A DNA stretch of 64,000 nt from positions 4,028 through 68,027 of the forward strand of contig JBDRKJ010000012.1 in the NCBI GenBank assembly GCA_043814035.1, in the 5' to 3' direction. Numbering within the stretch: position 1 is the first letter of the stretch; each line of letters starts with the position of its first letter. Position numbers and translations under genes: made by a program. The notes under the pieces were generated by a model. It was not told the DNA's origin and made no database searches. It saw only the letters and a list, made by a program, of their open reading frames with translations. Shown one piece after another: positions 17,266 to 26,139 of the stretch. The DNA is from Candidatus Peregrinibacteria bacterium. Lineage in GTDB: Bacteria; Patescibacteriota; Gracilibacteria; Peribacterales; Peribacteraceae.

Positions 17266-18773
17266 GACCCTCCCGTCTCGCTGCTACGTTCCTCGGCTGC
17301 TTTCTCATTGCAACGTTCCTGCTGCAGTGGTGGCAGCGTGCCACATACCCCGTCGAGCTCTGGATCACTCTGATTCTATTTATCAGCATCGCTATCGTGG
17401 GGTTGGTGGCGGACGAGACGCAAACACCCTGCGCTTACCTCTGCGCAATTCTATTCGGCATTTCCTGTTCACTGTTCGCCGTGGCACGCACAACGCATCG
17501 GGCTTCGCCTGACACGGTTGACTGGTACGCACGCGGGCAAATGGTCACCCTATACGGCACTATTGTAAGTGAGCCCGATCGCCGTCCGCCTGCCATGCGG
17601 TACACGCTCGATGCTTCTCTTCTAACGATAAGCGGTAGCATCGCGTGGAAACCGGTGAGCGGACGCGTGCTCATTACCGATCCCGTCGGCTGGCCCGAAA
17701 GATCCTACGGCGATCGTATATCGGCACGGGGACGACTCACACTCCCCGGCACCATCAACGGATTCCGCTACGATCAGTATCTGAGTATCGCGGGCATTCG
17801 CGCCGTGATGACACGTTCACACATCGAAACAGTGGAAGAGGGCAGCGGCAATCCGATCTTCAGAGCCCTCTTCTGGCTCAAGCAGCACTTTGAAGCGCGC
17901 CTCAACCGGCTCCTGCCCGAACCACACGCATCGCTTGCAGCAGGGCTGCTCACGGGATCACGGCGAGGCATTCCTGCACACCTGAGTGACAGCTTCATGC
18001 GCAGCGGCCTCACACACATCGTGGCGATCTCGGGCTTCAACATCACTATTGTGATCGCGCTAATTTCGGGTTTGCTCTTCTGGCTCCCCGTCACCTGGCG
18101 CCTACTGCCCGCGGCGGCCGCCATCATCGCCTTCACAGTCTTCGTCGGAGCGAGTGCCTCAGTGGTTCGCGCTGCGATCATGGGAATCCTCGGCCTCTTC
18201 GCCATCTCAACGGGCAGACGCGCCAACGTGCGACTCGCCATTCTGTGGACCGCCTTCGTCATGCTGATGTGGAACCCCAAACACTTGTGGTACGACGGAA
18301 GCTTTCAGCTCTCGTTCGCCGCGGTGATCGGCCTCAGTGAGCTCTCGCCACTCCTCAAGCCTTATCTCATGCGTCTGCCAAATCTTCTCGGAATGCGCGA
18401 AGCACTCGAAGCCACAATTGCCGCACAACTTTCAGCTATGCCGCTCGGCATCCTGCTCTTCGGCAACCTTTCGCTTATCTCTCCTCTCGCAAATATCCTC
18501 GTCGCACCTGCTATTCCGCTCGCCATGCTCATCACAGCATTGGCCGCACTCTTCAGCTTTCTATCATTCCCCTTTGGTCAGCTGATCGCGTACGGCGGCT
18601 GGGCGATTTTGCAATGGATCATCCTGATCGCACAGTGGTGTGCACGCGTTCCCTTTGCATCACTGCATCTCGAGAATGTGAGTGTCGTGATCATTCTTGC
18701 CTACTATGCAGCCCTTATAACAGCCATAGTTGTTCATAGCCGCAAGAATAGAGCCACTCTCGTAACTCAATAA
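17262..18773 (+). CDS. comEC: ComEC/Rec2-family DNA internalisation channel (no metallo-beta-lactamase domain)
   Basis: Polytopic membrane protein with the competence-domain motif GLTHIVAISGFNITIV. It overlaps the rsmA stop by 4 nt. Confidence 0.85.
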   Translation: MRPSRLAATFLGCFLIATFLLQWWQRATYPVELWITLILFISIAIVGLVADETQTPCAYLCAILFGISCSLFAVARTTHRASPDTVDWYARGQMVTLYGTIVSEPDRRPPAMRYTLDASLLTISGSIAWKPVSGRVLITDPVGWPERSYGDRISARGRLTLPGTINGFRYDQYLSIAGIRAVMTRSHIETVEEGSGNPIFRALFWLKQHFEARLNRLLPEPHASLAAGLLTGSRRGIPAHLSDSFMRSGLTHIVAISGFNITIVIALISGLLFWLPVTWRLLPAAAAIIAFTVFVGASASVVRAAIMGILGLFAISTGRRANVRLAILWTAFVMLMWNPKHLWYDGSFQLSFAAVIGLSELSPLLKPYLMRLPNLLGMREALEATIAAQLSAMPLGILLFGNLSLISPLANILVAPAIPLAMLITALAALFSFLSFPFGQLIAYGGWAILQWIILIAQWCARVPFASLHLENVSVVIILAYYAALITAIVVHSRKNRATLVTQ

Positions 18774-18855
18774 TCAAAATAATCATCGCGAACCCCGCAC
18801 TTGCTGCGGGGTGCCCGCCCGAATGTACCATTCGGTACGGGCGGGGAGCGATACC

Positions 18856-18942
18856 ACTTAAGGGAAAAGAGAGCCCATGAGAGAAAAACCGGCCTGTCGG
18901 CCGTAGCCCCGAAGGGCAAAGGCTGAAGGTTTGTCTCTCATG
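18856..18942. repeat. X-family hairpin element with a nested Z-type insert in its loop
   Basis: catgagagaaaaacc (18876-18890) pairs with ggtttgtctctcatg (18928-18942). The loop holds ggcctgtcggccgtagccccgaagggcaaaggctgaa, which resembles 7494-7523. Other copies lie at 56139-56172 and 1-26. Confidence 0.8.
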
Positions 18943-18945
18943 AAT

Positions 18946-20232
18946 TCACAAGTACTCCCACGACCGTAACTTATCCGAGTCATCCATCCACCGATCGCCG
19001 ATATCCGTGCGGTAGTACATGTTACTGATGATGATGTTCTGGATGCGCGTGTACATCTGCTTCTGCGCCTCACGCATAGTTATACCAGAGCCCGAAACGA
19101 CAAGTGCTACACCCTCCTGTCCCGTAATCAGCCACTGGTCGTTCTCTTGCTTGAGATCACTGATATGAATGCCATCCGTCATCTTCTTCCTGAAGAACAC
19201 CACAGCATCTTCTGAGAACGACTCGAACGTCTTAGGGTCATTGAACGGAAAAGGAGGCACCACGATGAGCGCACAAACCTGGTACCCACGCTTTACTTTG
19301 ATGTCGTTACCATCACCCCTGGCCATCCGCAATAAGAGTTCGCCTATCGGCTCGGTAATACCCTCCTCCTGCAAATTGATGAACGGAAAGCCAAAACGGC
19401 AGGTGAACTCGAGCGGGTAAATGCCGTTGCTATTTACAATACAATTGACATCAATATACCCCACATACCCCTCTTCGGCGAGAATCGCCTCGAAGGGACG
19501 CAAAGTTGCTTCAAAGATGGGGCTACGAGGTGTCCAGAACATGCTGGTGCCCATCTCACCGGTCGCAACACCCAACTCGCCGGGGAAGAGTCTCTTATGT
19601 TCAAAATTGACGCACACAGGATTCATAAATTGCTTACCATTGAAGAACGCACCGGTAGCAACTTCCACTCCCGTCACCCGCCGCTGGAGTTGAAAGACTG
19701 AAATGGTATCGCTCCACGTCTTACTGTAAGCGCCAAGAACGCGAATCACGTCACTGCCATCATCTTCGTTCCCCACAAAGAGAAGCTGCTTCAAATTCTG
19801 CGCATCACCTGAGGGCTTGACCACATATCGGCCGGGATTTTCCTGCACATACTTGATGCCCTCATCGAACGAATGAAACTCCTGGTAGGGAATGATGCGC
19901 ACCTTGTTGCGCTTAAGCTCCTCCTGTCCGAACGTGCGGTCATTCTCCAGCCGATCGGTGTAGGGAGTGCCACCAATACAAAGCTTACCTTTCTTGCGAA
20001 TGGCTTGTGCCTCCTCTCCTTTACCAATGTGGTCGAAGAGAACGATATCGGCCCAGTCGACATGCTTCTTCCAGTCGGTCACCACCTCGACGAATCCCTT
20101 GCCCACATCTTGAAACCCCGCCGCCTCGAGACAGAGTCGAACATGGTGACCCTCGCGCGATACCGCCCAAGCAAGACCGGTGGTGGTACCGTCGTACGAG
20201 ACAAATAGAAACTTCTTCGGCGTGTCAGTCAT
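18946..20232 (-). CDS. PurD-like ATP-grasp protein (phosphoribosylamine--glycine ligase family, divergent)
   Basis: EHKRLFPGELGVATGEMG and LEFTCRFGFP correspond to the PurD motifs DHKR..GPNTGGMG and IEFNCRFGDPE. The C-terminus ends RTDIGDRW, like PurD. Confidence 0.72.
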   Translation of the reverse strand: MTDTPKKFLFVSYDGTTTGLAWAVSREGHHVRLCLEAAGFQDVGKGFVEVVTDWKKHVDWADIVLFDHIGKGEEAQAIRKKGKLCIGGTPYTDRLENDRTFGQEELKRNKVRIIPYQEFHSFDEGIKYVQENPGRYVVKPSGDAQNLKQLLFVGNEDDGSDVIRVLGAYSKTWSDTISVFQLQRRVTGVEVATGAFFNGKQFMNPVCVNFEHKRLFPGELGVATGEMGTSMFWTPRSPIFEATLRPFEAILAEEGYVGYIDVNCIVNSNGIYPLEFTCRFGFPFINLQEEGITEPIGELLLRMARGDGNDIKVKRGYQVCALIVVPPFPFNDPKTFESFSEDAVVFFRKKMTDGIHISDLKQENDQWLITGQEGVALVVSGSGITMREAQKQMYTRIQNIIISNMYYRTDIGDRWMDDSDKLRSWEYL

Positions 20233-20351
20233 GTCGCGCGCAGACTATTCGCCTCGAACCATGAGTGCAAGTAAACATTGGCCAAGAAAAGCGGAGTATT
20301 TGATTATTGAAAGAGGAATAGCTACTCCTCTTTTTCTTCTATACTACATTC

Positions 20352-22064
20352 GTGGAATCTCCCTCTGCTCAAAAGGGATGGTGGACAGGTGCAGCGATGG
20401 CTGTGCTCGTTGGTCTTCCTTTCCTCGCCTTCGGCCAATCGCTTCTACAAGGCTTCGCTCCTATCGATGATCTCTTTCTCGTTGTGCAGAACCTCACCAT
20501 ACGCGGACCGACACTGGAGCATCTGAAGGCGGCCTTCACCACGTTTGATCCCGAGCTCTACATCCCCCTCACACTCGTCTCCTTCCAGCTCAATTACCTC
20601 ATCTCCGGTCTCGCACCGTGGAGTTATCACCTCGTGAACATTCTGCTTCATGGCACAAATGCCCTGCTGCTCTTTCTAATCCTTAAAAAAATTACCGGTG
20701 CTCCGCGAGCCTCGCTCTTCGCAGCAGCGCTCTTCGTTGTGCATCCTCTGAATACCGAAGCGGTTGTCTGGATTACGGCACGTAAAGATCTGCTCTCGAG
20801 CTTCTTCGCCTTTGCCTCGACATTGGCATTCTTAAGGCAGACACGACGAAGCATAATCTTCAGCCTTGCGCTCTTTCTCTGTGCGCTCCTCACCAAAGTT
20901 TCGGTCGTGCCACTCCCGGTCGTTTTCCCATTGCTCTTGAGAATCCAGAACGGTACGTGGGAAAAGAAATCATTACGATCTATTATCCCGTTCCTTTTGC
21001 TCTCTGGTCTCTTTGTGGGTATCGCCCTCTTCGGAAAAGAGCGCATCGTGCAGACATCTGGGGGAATCGAAACACTCCTGCTTGCTCCCTGGAGCATGTT
21101 GTTCCTGATCGGAAAATTCTTCTACCCGAGCAACCTAAGCCCCCTCTACGAAGTGACAAGCTCGATTGGCCTCACCAATCCAATGATCTTCCTTTCCATC
21201 CTTGCTTTTGTCGCGTTTTTTGCCTGCCTCATATTTCTCCGCAAAAAATCCCTCACCTTTGCCCTCGCCCTCACCTTCATCCTTCTTTCTCCCACCCTGC
21301 TTACCTTCTTCAAGGCAGGAACGATCTTTCTCGCATCTGATCGCTATCTCTATCTGCCAAGCCTTGGATTGCTCCTATTCATTGTGCTGTGTCTTCGGGG
21401 CGTGCATACGAAAATGGCACTGCCAAAACCGGTTATCGCAGGAGTCAGTGGCATGCTCATTGCGATCCTGTGCCTACTTTCGATCAAGCAAACGCGACTC
21501 TGGAGTTCTGCAGATATACTCTTCACTCATGCGCTCACAGTCACGCCACAATCGATAGTCGCGCGCACCGCACTCGCACAGACCAAGCTCGCTGCCGATC
21601 AACCTGAGCAAGCCTTCATGATCCTCAAAGAGGGCCTAGCACAGGGCGATGACATACGCCTGCACCTCATGGCCGGAAATATCTATGCGCACGTAGGACA
21701 GGTGACAGATGCACTGGAACAATTCAACACGGCAAAGCAGATGGACCCGATGAATGCCGATGCGTGGTTCTCGATTGGATCAATACAGGAACAAACCGGA
21801 AGCACCGATGCGGCGCTGACAAATTACCGCACAGCCGTAGAGCTTGATCCTTCGGACGTTCCGGCTCTCATTGGGATTGGAAGGATCCTCGCCAGCAAAG
21901 GCGATCTTCAGGGTGCAGAAGAGAAGTTTCGTGCGGCACTGAAGTGGAACCCCAATTCCGCAGACGCTCACCGCGGCCTCGCACCCGTACTGGCCAAGAG
22001 CGGGCGCGTTGATGAGGCCGAGGTTCATCGCAATCTCGCCAACGAACTGTCAGGACTGCGATGA
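20352..22064 (+). CDS. GT-C fold membrane glycosyltransferase (PMT/TMTC-like) with C-terminal TPR repeats
   Basis: About 11 TM helices with an early loop motif APIDDLFLVVQN. The C-terminal ~170 aa are TPR repeats (AWFSIGSIQEQTGSTDAALTNYRTAVELDP...). Confidence 0.75.
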   Translation: MESPSAQKGWWTGAAMAVLVGLPFLAFGQSLLQGFAPIDDLFLVVQNLTIRGPTLEHLKAAFTTFDPELYIPLTLVSFQLNYLISGLAPWSYHLVNILLHGTNALLLFLILKKITGAPRASLFAAALFVVHPLNTEAVVWITARKDLLSSFFAFASTLAFLRQTRRSIIFSLALFLCALLTKVSVVPLPVVFPLLLRIQNGTWEKKSLRSIIPFLLLSGLFVGIALFGKERIVQTSGGIETLLLAPWSMLFLIGKFFYPSNLSPLYEVTSSIGLTNPMIFLSILAFVAFFACLIFLRKKSLTFALALTFILLSPTLLTFFKAGTIFLASDRYLYLPSLGLLLFIVLCLRGVHTKMALPKPVIAGVSGMLIAILCLLSIKQTRLWSSADILFTHALTVTPQSIVARTALAQTKLAADQPEQAFMILKEGLAQGDDIRLHLMAGNIYAHVGQVTDALEQFNTAKQMDPMNADAWFSIGSIQEQTGSTDAALTNYRTAVELDPSDVPALIGIGRILASKGDLQGAEEKFRAALKWNPNSADAHRGLAPVLAKSGRVDEAEVHRNLANELSGLR

Positions 22065-22077
22065 GACATCGCCAATG

Positions 22078-22320
22078 TCATCCGGCAACAAGTTGCTCTT
22101 TCTTTTCTTTATTCCACGTCTTCACCTCCGCTTCACGACGACGTGCTTCAGCGAGTGTTGAAAATTGTTCATGGTAGACAAATTGGATCGGACGACGCGA
22201 ACGGGTGTACTTGGCGCCCTTACCATCATTGTGGCATTTTTCACGCTCTTTCAAATCCACGCATGAACCCGCATAGAGGGAATCATCGCAGCACCGGGCT
22301 AAATAGAAATAGTAGGGCAT
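22078..22320 (-). CDS. GIY-YIG nuclease family protein (80 aa)
   Basis: The internal ATG at 22320 gives MPYYFYLARCCDDSLYAGSCVDLKERE..H......KYTR...P...VY.E.F....EA..RE..VK.W, the UPF0213/GIY-YIG pattern. Confidence 0.8.
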   Translation of the reverse strand: MPYYFYLARCCDDSLYAGSCVDLKEREKCHNDGKGAKYTRSRRPIQFVYHEQFSTLAEARRREAEVKTWNKEKKEQLVAG

Positions 22321-22473
22321 TGGTATAAGTATAGCTCCTAGGCGAAATTGGCAGAACAGCGCGGTCGTGAGCTTACGACTTTGAGTCTCAGAGGGCGATT
22401 TTGAGGGTCGGGCACTTGGGAAAAAGAGGGCACCACGGTCGAGTATTTGCAATGTCGATTTTGACAAAATACA

Positions 22474-22767
22474 TCACCATCCTTTCCATTTAATAACCTC
22501 AAAAAGTGTTTGTAGGCAAATGACAAACACTGCCAGCAATGCAATCACATTTGCCTGAGACGTTGTTTGCTTTCCGCGTTTCTCGATTTCAAGCAATGAT
22601 TTTCGCTGTATTGCAGCCGAGACCAATCTGGATGCCTGCGCTTGCCTCTCGAGCTTACTTTGAGCGCCACCACGATTCTCCGTGGAGTTGTATGCCGCAA
22701 TTTCCTCTTCAGAAAGGAATATATTTGCTGCACGTGTGAAATTTCCATCAGAGTCCCAAAGAGGCAT
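22474..22767 (-). CDS. hypothetical protein with C-terminal TM helix (97 aa)
   Basis: Starts 5 nt after the upstream GIY-YIG stop. The C-terminal hydrophobic segment is VIALLAVFVICLQTLF. Confidence 0.4.
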   Translation of the reverse strand: MPLWDSDGNFTRAANIFLSEEEIAAYNSTENRGGAQSKLERQAQASRLVSAAIQRKSLLEIEKRGKQTTSQANVIALLAVFVICLQTLFEVIKWKGW

Positions 22768-22771
22768 GATC

Positions 22772-23050
22772 CTATGCTACCTGAGCATCCGTGGAAGTGT
22801 CAGACAAATAGTGCCTCATTTGCTTCTTTAATATTTCCCGACCATTTCCACTTTTCAAAAACTTCTCTCGGCCAAGAGCATCCAATTTTTCGATGTAGGC
22901 TTCGGCATACAAAAGTTTCCATGGACCTCTGTGTGCAGTGGAGACGTTCCGATGGTGATTGTGTGCGTCGAGACGCTTTTTGAGATCAGTCGTATAGCCG
23001 ATGTACCAACCGTGATCACTCAGGCTTTCGAGGACGTAGACAATGTGCAT
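22772..23050 (-). CDS. GIY-YIG nuclease family protein (92 aa)
   Basis: MHIVYVLESLSDHGWYIGYTTDLKKRLDAHN fits the GIY-YIG pattern. Confidence 0.8.
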   Translation of the reverse strand: MHIVYVLESLSDHGWYIGYTTDLKKRLDAHNHHRNVSTAHRGPWKLLYAEAYIEKLDALGREKFLKSGNGREILKKQMRHYLSDTSTDAQVA

Positions 23051-23272
23051 ACACCAACAGTACTTGCTTCAAAAGAATTGAGAAGAGTCTTGGGTACAAA
23101 AGAATGATCGGCAATGGTTTATTCTGATAGAAAAGAGGCGAAAAGCGTTCCATGCAGCAGTGGAACAGCCGCGTATAGCTCGCTCCGCTCGCACGCGGCA
23201 CGTATAGCGACGACCATAACTCACTCTTATTTTGAAGAGTTGGCTGTGCCACGTGCGCCGCAGCGCTATACG

Positions 23273-23347
23273 TGGCAGCCCCGGCGGGAATCGAACCCGC
23301 GTTACCAGATTGAAAATCTGGCGTCCTAACCGTTAGACGACGGGGCC
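23273..23347 (-). tRNA. tRNA-Glu (anticodon UUC), CCA encoded
   Basis: Minus strand GGCCCCGTCGTCTAACGGTTAGGACGCCAGATTTTCAATCTGGTAACGCGGGTTCGATTCCCGCCGGGGCTGCCA. It folds as a cloverleaf with anticodon loop TTTTCAA and a GTTCGATTC T-loop. Confidence 0.9.
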
Positions 23348-23435
23348 GGAAAGGAAAAGAACATTGAGACCTCCGCATCGCTTTCCGCGCTGATGCGCGG
23401 CGTTAGACCCGCCTACGCTCCTTGACTTCGTTCGG

Positions 23436-23454
23436 AGCTTCGGACGGGCAGGCG
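23436..23454. repeat. Z-family GC-rich repeat core
   Basis: agcttcggacgggcaggcg is identical to 7407-7425. Flanking sequence (cgctcctt...) is also shared. Confidence 0.8.
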
Positions 23455-23549
23455 ACGGGGCCATATAGAAAGAACTGTGCAGAAAGGGTATGACAGAGCG
23501 CGTTTAAGCGCCAGAGGCATGGTGGCAGAAACATGGAAAAAATGCTATA

Positions 23550-23981
23550 ATGATGAGAGACGTACATCCAATCCTCATGGTCTTCCGCACTCTACGCACA
23601 ACATTCATTTTGGCCGGTCTCGTCATCCTCGTCTCAACCGTGGGCAACGTACACGGCATTATGAGGGCAAATCTGACGAGTCAGGGATCGATGCTCTCGG
23701 GTTTGAACATCAAAGAAATGTCGACCCTGCAAATTCGACAGCACCTCAGCGCACCAGAGCGCACGAAGCGAGATGCTTCGGCCGAAATCGCACTTGGGAG
23801 CATGCTTCTGTTGCTCGGTCTGGGATTGCACGCCTACATCAAGCGTAGAACTCCTGACGAGCGTGCCGCCGAAGGCCCTGAGCGAAGTCGAAGGGTAAAG
23901 GTACACACAGCCCCTGCGCGCAAGGGACGCGAAACCCGCAAAATAGATCGCTGGTTTTTGTGGATGACAGTAAGGATGTAA
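23550..23981 (+). CDS. hypothetical membrane protein (C-terminal part may be repeat-derived)
   Basis: Two hydrophobic segments. The 3' end contains a Y-family core (ccctgagcgaagtcgaaggg, 23876-23895), so the true stop is doubtful. Confidence 0.35.
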   Translation: MMRDVHPILMVFRTLRTTFILAGLVILVSTVGNVHGIMRANLTSQGSMLSGLNIKEMSTLQIRQHLSAPERTKRDASAEIALGSMLLLLGLGLHAYIKRRTPDERAAEGPERSRRVKVHTAPARKGRETRKIDRWFLWMTVRM

Positions 23982-24261
23982 TAGCACTCACTCGGATCAT
24001 TCCTCCAAGCCTTGGAACTTTTTTCCTAATCTCCTCTCCCCCCTGGGAGAGGGTACCTGCCCGAACGACCGAAGTAGTCCGGGCGGGCGGGGGGTGAGGG
24101 GTTTCCGTATTATCGAAAAAGGCGGCCCCCGTTACGGGTCAACCTCCTCTCGAATTGGAGGAGTGGAACGCTTTAGCAGGAGCCACAGCAGCCTCCTTTT
24201 TCACCGCCGAACATACGAGAAGGGGGGAAGAGCTAAGAGAGAACAAGAATAGCACACTGTT

Positions 24262-24305
24262 TTGGCACTCTCAAGCATAGAGTGCCAATTTCTCCTTGAT
24301 TTTCG
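24262..24305. terminator. perfect 10-bp hairpin with T-rich tail on the plus strand
   Basis: ttggcactct-caagcat-agagtgccaa followed by tttctccttgatttt. It lies 39 nt beyond the pyrK stop, so it may act for either strand. Confidence 0.5.
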
Positions 24306-24326
24306 CTCAAAAGATGAGTGCTGCGT

Positions 24327-25142
24327 TCAGAGTGGGTGCTTCTTTCCCAGATCATCTCTGTGATATTTGCCAAATTCCATGATTTTGCGGGCAATTTCAT
24401 TTTTGAGCACAGGTCCATCGATACACATACGCATACCTGAGGAATCTACTGCACAGTTACCGCAGAGACCGTAACCACACTTCATGTACCGTTCGAGCGA
24501 GAGCTGACAGGCAACCTCGTACTGGGAACAGAGATCGGAAACGGCAACAAGCATGCGTTCCGGACCGCAGGCGAAGACCTGATCCGGTTTCTTTTTTGCC
24601 TTGAGTAACTCGGCAAGCAACTCGACGTTATACCCCTTGTGCCCCTGCGACCCATCATCCGTGGCAACGGAGAGCGTTGTACCGGACAAGCCCGAGAATG
24701 CATCCAGATAGAGTAAGTGCTCCTTGCTCCGTGCACCAACAATCGCGGTGAGCGTGCAGCCATCCTTAGCTGCTTCGGTTGCAGCGAAGAACATCGGTGC
24801 CGCTCCGTAGCCACCCGCGACGAGCGCGAGGTGCTGCTTGGATTTCCACTCGTAATGCGTGCCGAATGGGCCGCGCAGCCCTACCAAATCCCCTTTTTTG
24901 AGAGTGGCGAGCTTTTTGGTCGTATCACCGACAGCGAAGAACGTGATCTGCAGCTTTTTGCCATCATCCAGTGCGACACTCATGGGAATTTCATCCACCC
25001 TGGGGAGCCACACCATCACGAACTGTCCGGGCTTCGCCCCAAGCGAGACATCGAACGTGAAAGTCTGCACATGTTCTGTTTCTTTCTTCACGCTCGCGAT
25101 GCGATGTGTAACGGGCAGCCGATTCCCGCAACCGCACGTCAT
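24327..25142 (-). CDS. pyrK: dihydroorotate dehydrogenase B electron-transfer subunit
   Basis: FAD/NAD-binding fold plus a C-terminal 2Fe-2S motif (CGYGLCGNCAV...C). The ATG at 25142 overlaps the pyrD stop (ATGA). Confidence 0.9.
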   Translation of the reverse strand: MTCGCGNRLPVTHRIASVKKETEHVQTFTFDVSLGAKPGQFVMVWLPRVDEIPMSVALDDGKKLQITFFAVGDTTKKLATLKKGDLVGLRGPFGTHYEWKSKQHLALVAGGYGAAPMFFAATEAAKDGCTLTAIVGARSKEHLLYLDAFSGLSGTTLSVATDDGSQGHKGYNVELLAELLKAKKKPDQVFACGPERMLVAVSDLCSQYEVACQLSLERYMKCGYGLCGNCAVDSSGMRMCIDGPVLKNEIARKIMEFGKYHRDDLGKKHPL

Positions 25143-26083
25143 GATGGATGTGACGAAAGAGCCTGATGCATACCGCCAATGAGTTCGGCGATATTCTTCA
25201 CCCCCTCCGCCTTGCACCAGGAGATCATTTCTTCGGTCACCAGACGAAAGACTTCCGCACCGCGGTATCCGATGGCCGTGCCGATGCCAATGAGCGTGGC
25301 ACCTGCAAGCAGGAACTCGATGGCGTCTTCACCTGTCATCACACCGCCCGTACCGATGATGGGGAGCTTGCCATCCGTGGCACGGTACACATCGGCAATG
25401 CAGCGCACCGCAATGGGCTTGATGGCGGGACCAGACATACCGCCGACTTTATTGGCGAGAATGGGTAGGCGGCTCTTGAGATCGATCGCCATGCCCGGAC
25501 CAACTGTGTTGATGACGGTAAAACCATCGGCGCCCGCCTCTGCGCAGGCCGAAGCAATGGAACCGATGTCGTCCACATTCGGCGAAAGCTTGATGAAGAC
25601 CGGAATCTTGCCGCTCACCGCTTTCACGGCCTTCGTTACAGCTGAAGCATCACCTACCGAGCAGGCGAAGGGTTTACCGAATTCATCTTCGACATTGGGG
25701 CAGCTGATGTTCACCTCAAGAAAGTCCGGTTTGAGCTTCGCGATCTCTGCGGCAGTCTTTCCGTAGTTTTCGACCGTGTTCGCGATGATGTTCGCAATGA
25801 GAGGCACCAGTTTGTCCTTGTTGTAGTCACCGATCTCTTCGCGTGTCTTTTCGATACCGGCATCAGGTACGCCTACAGCATTGAGTGTCCAGTGATCTGT
25901 CGAAATGATCGTAGGGTTGGGATGCCCTTTGTGCTCCGAAAGCCACAGAGATTTGGTTGTGATTCCACCCGCTCCACTTTGCGCCACCCGCCGCCAGCTC
26001 GATGCCGTGATTCCCCAAATGCCCGACGCGAGAACAGTGGGGTTTTGGAAGGTGACCCCGAGGACCGTCTGGGAGAGGTTCAT
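25139..26083 (-). CDS. pyrD: dihydroorotate dehydrogenase B catalytic subunit
   Basis: Class-1 DHOD motifs: NISCPN, IKLSPN, NT..G, and GTGGV.TGEDA.E...AGA. Confidence 0.93.
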   Translation of the reverse strand: MNLSQTVLGVTFQNPTVLASGIWGITASSWRRVAQSGAGGITTKSLWLSEHKGHPNPTIISTDHWTLNAVGVPDAGIEKTREEIGDYNKDKLVPLIANIIANTVENYGKTAAEIAKLKPDFLEVNISCPNVEDEFGKPFACSVGDASAVTKAVKAVSGKIPVFIKLSPNVDDIGSIASACAEAGADGFTVINTVGPGMAIDLKSRLPILANKVGGMSGPAIKPIAVRCIADVYRATDGKLPIIGTGGVMTGEDAIEFLLAGATLIGIGTAIGYRGAEVFRLVTEEMISWCKAEGVKNIAELIGGMHQALSSHPS

Positions 26084-26139
26084 CGGTCGCCAGTATGCAG
26101 GAAGCGACGATCAGGATCCAGCAAAACCCGTACTTCTCT

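Noticed and set aside
22330-22420. tRNA-like impression (ggcgaaattggcagaacagcgcggtcgtgagcttacgac...) upstream of the small GIY-YIG gene
   Set aside because: No T-arm (GTTCGAATC-like) is present. The putative anticodon loop lacks U33, and the acceptor ends do not pair. It is not a tRNA.
24076-24084. agtccgggc, reminiscent of the conserved GGAAAGUCCGGGC core of RNase P RNA, inside a 345-bp GC-rich spacer
   Set aside because: No other RNase P hallmark is present: no ACAGAACCCGGCUUA-like P4 partner and no P1-P4 architecture. The motif sits within a copy of the Z-type GC-rich repeat, so I judge it coincidental.
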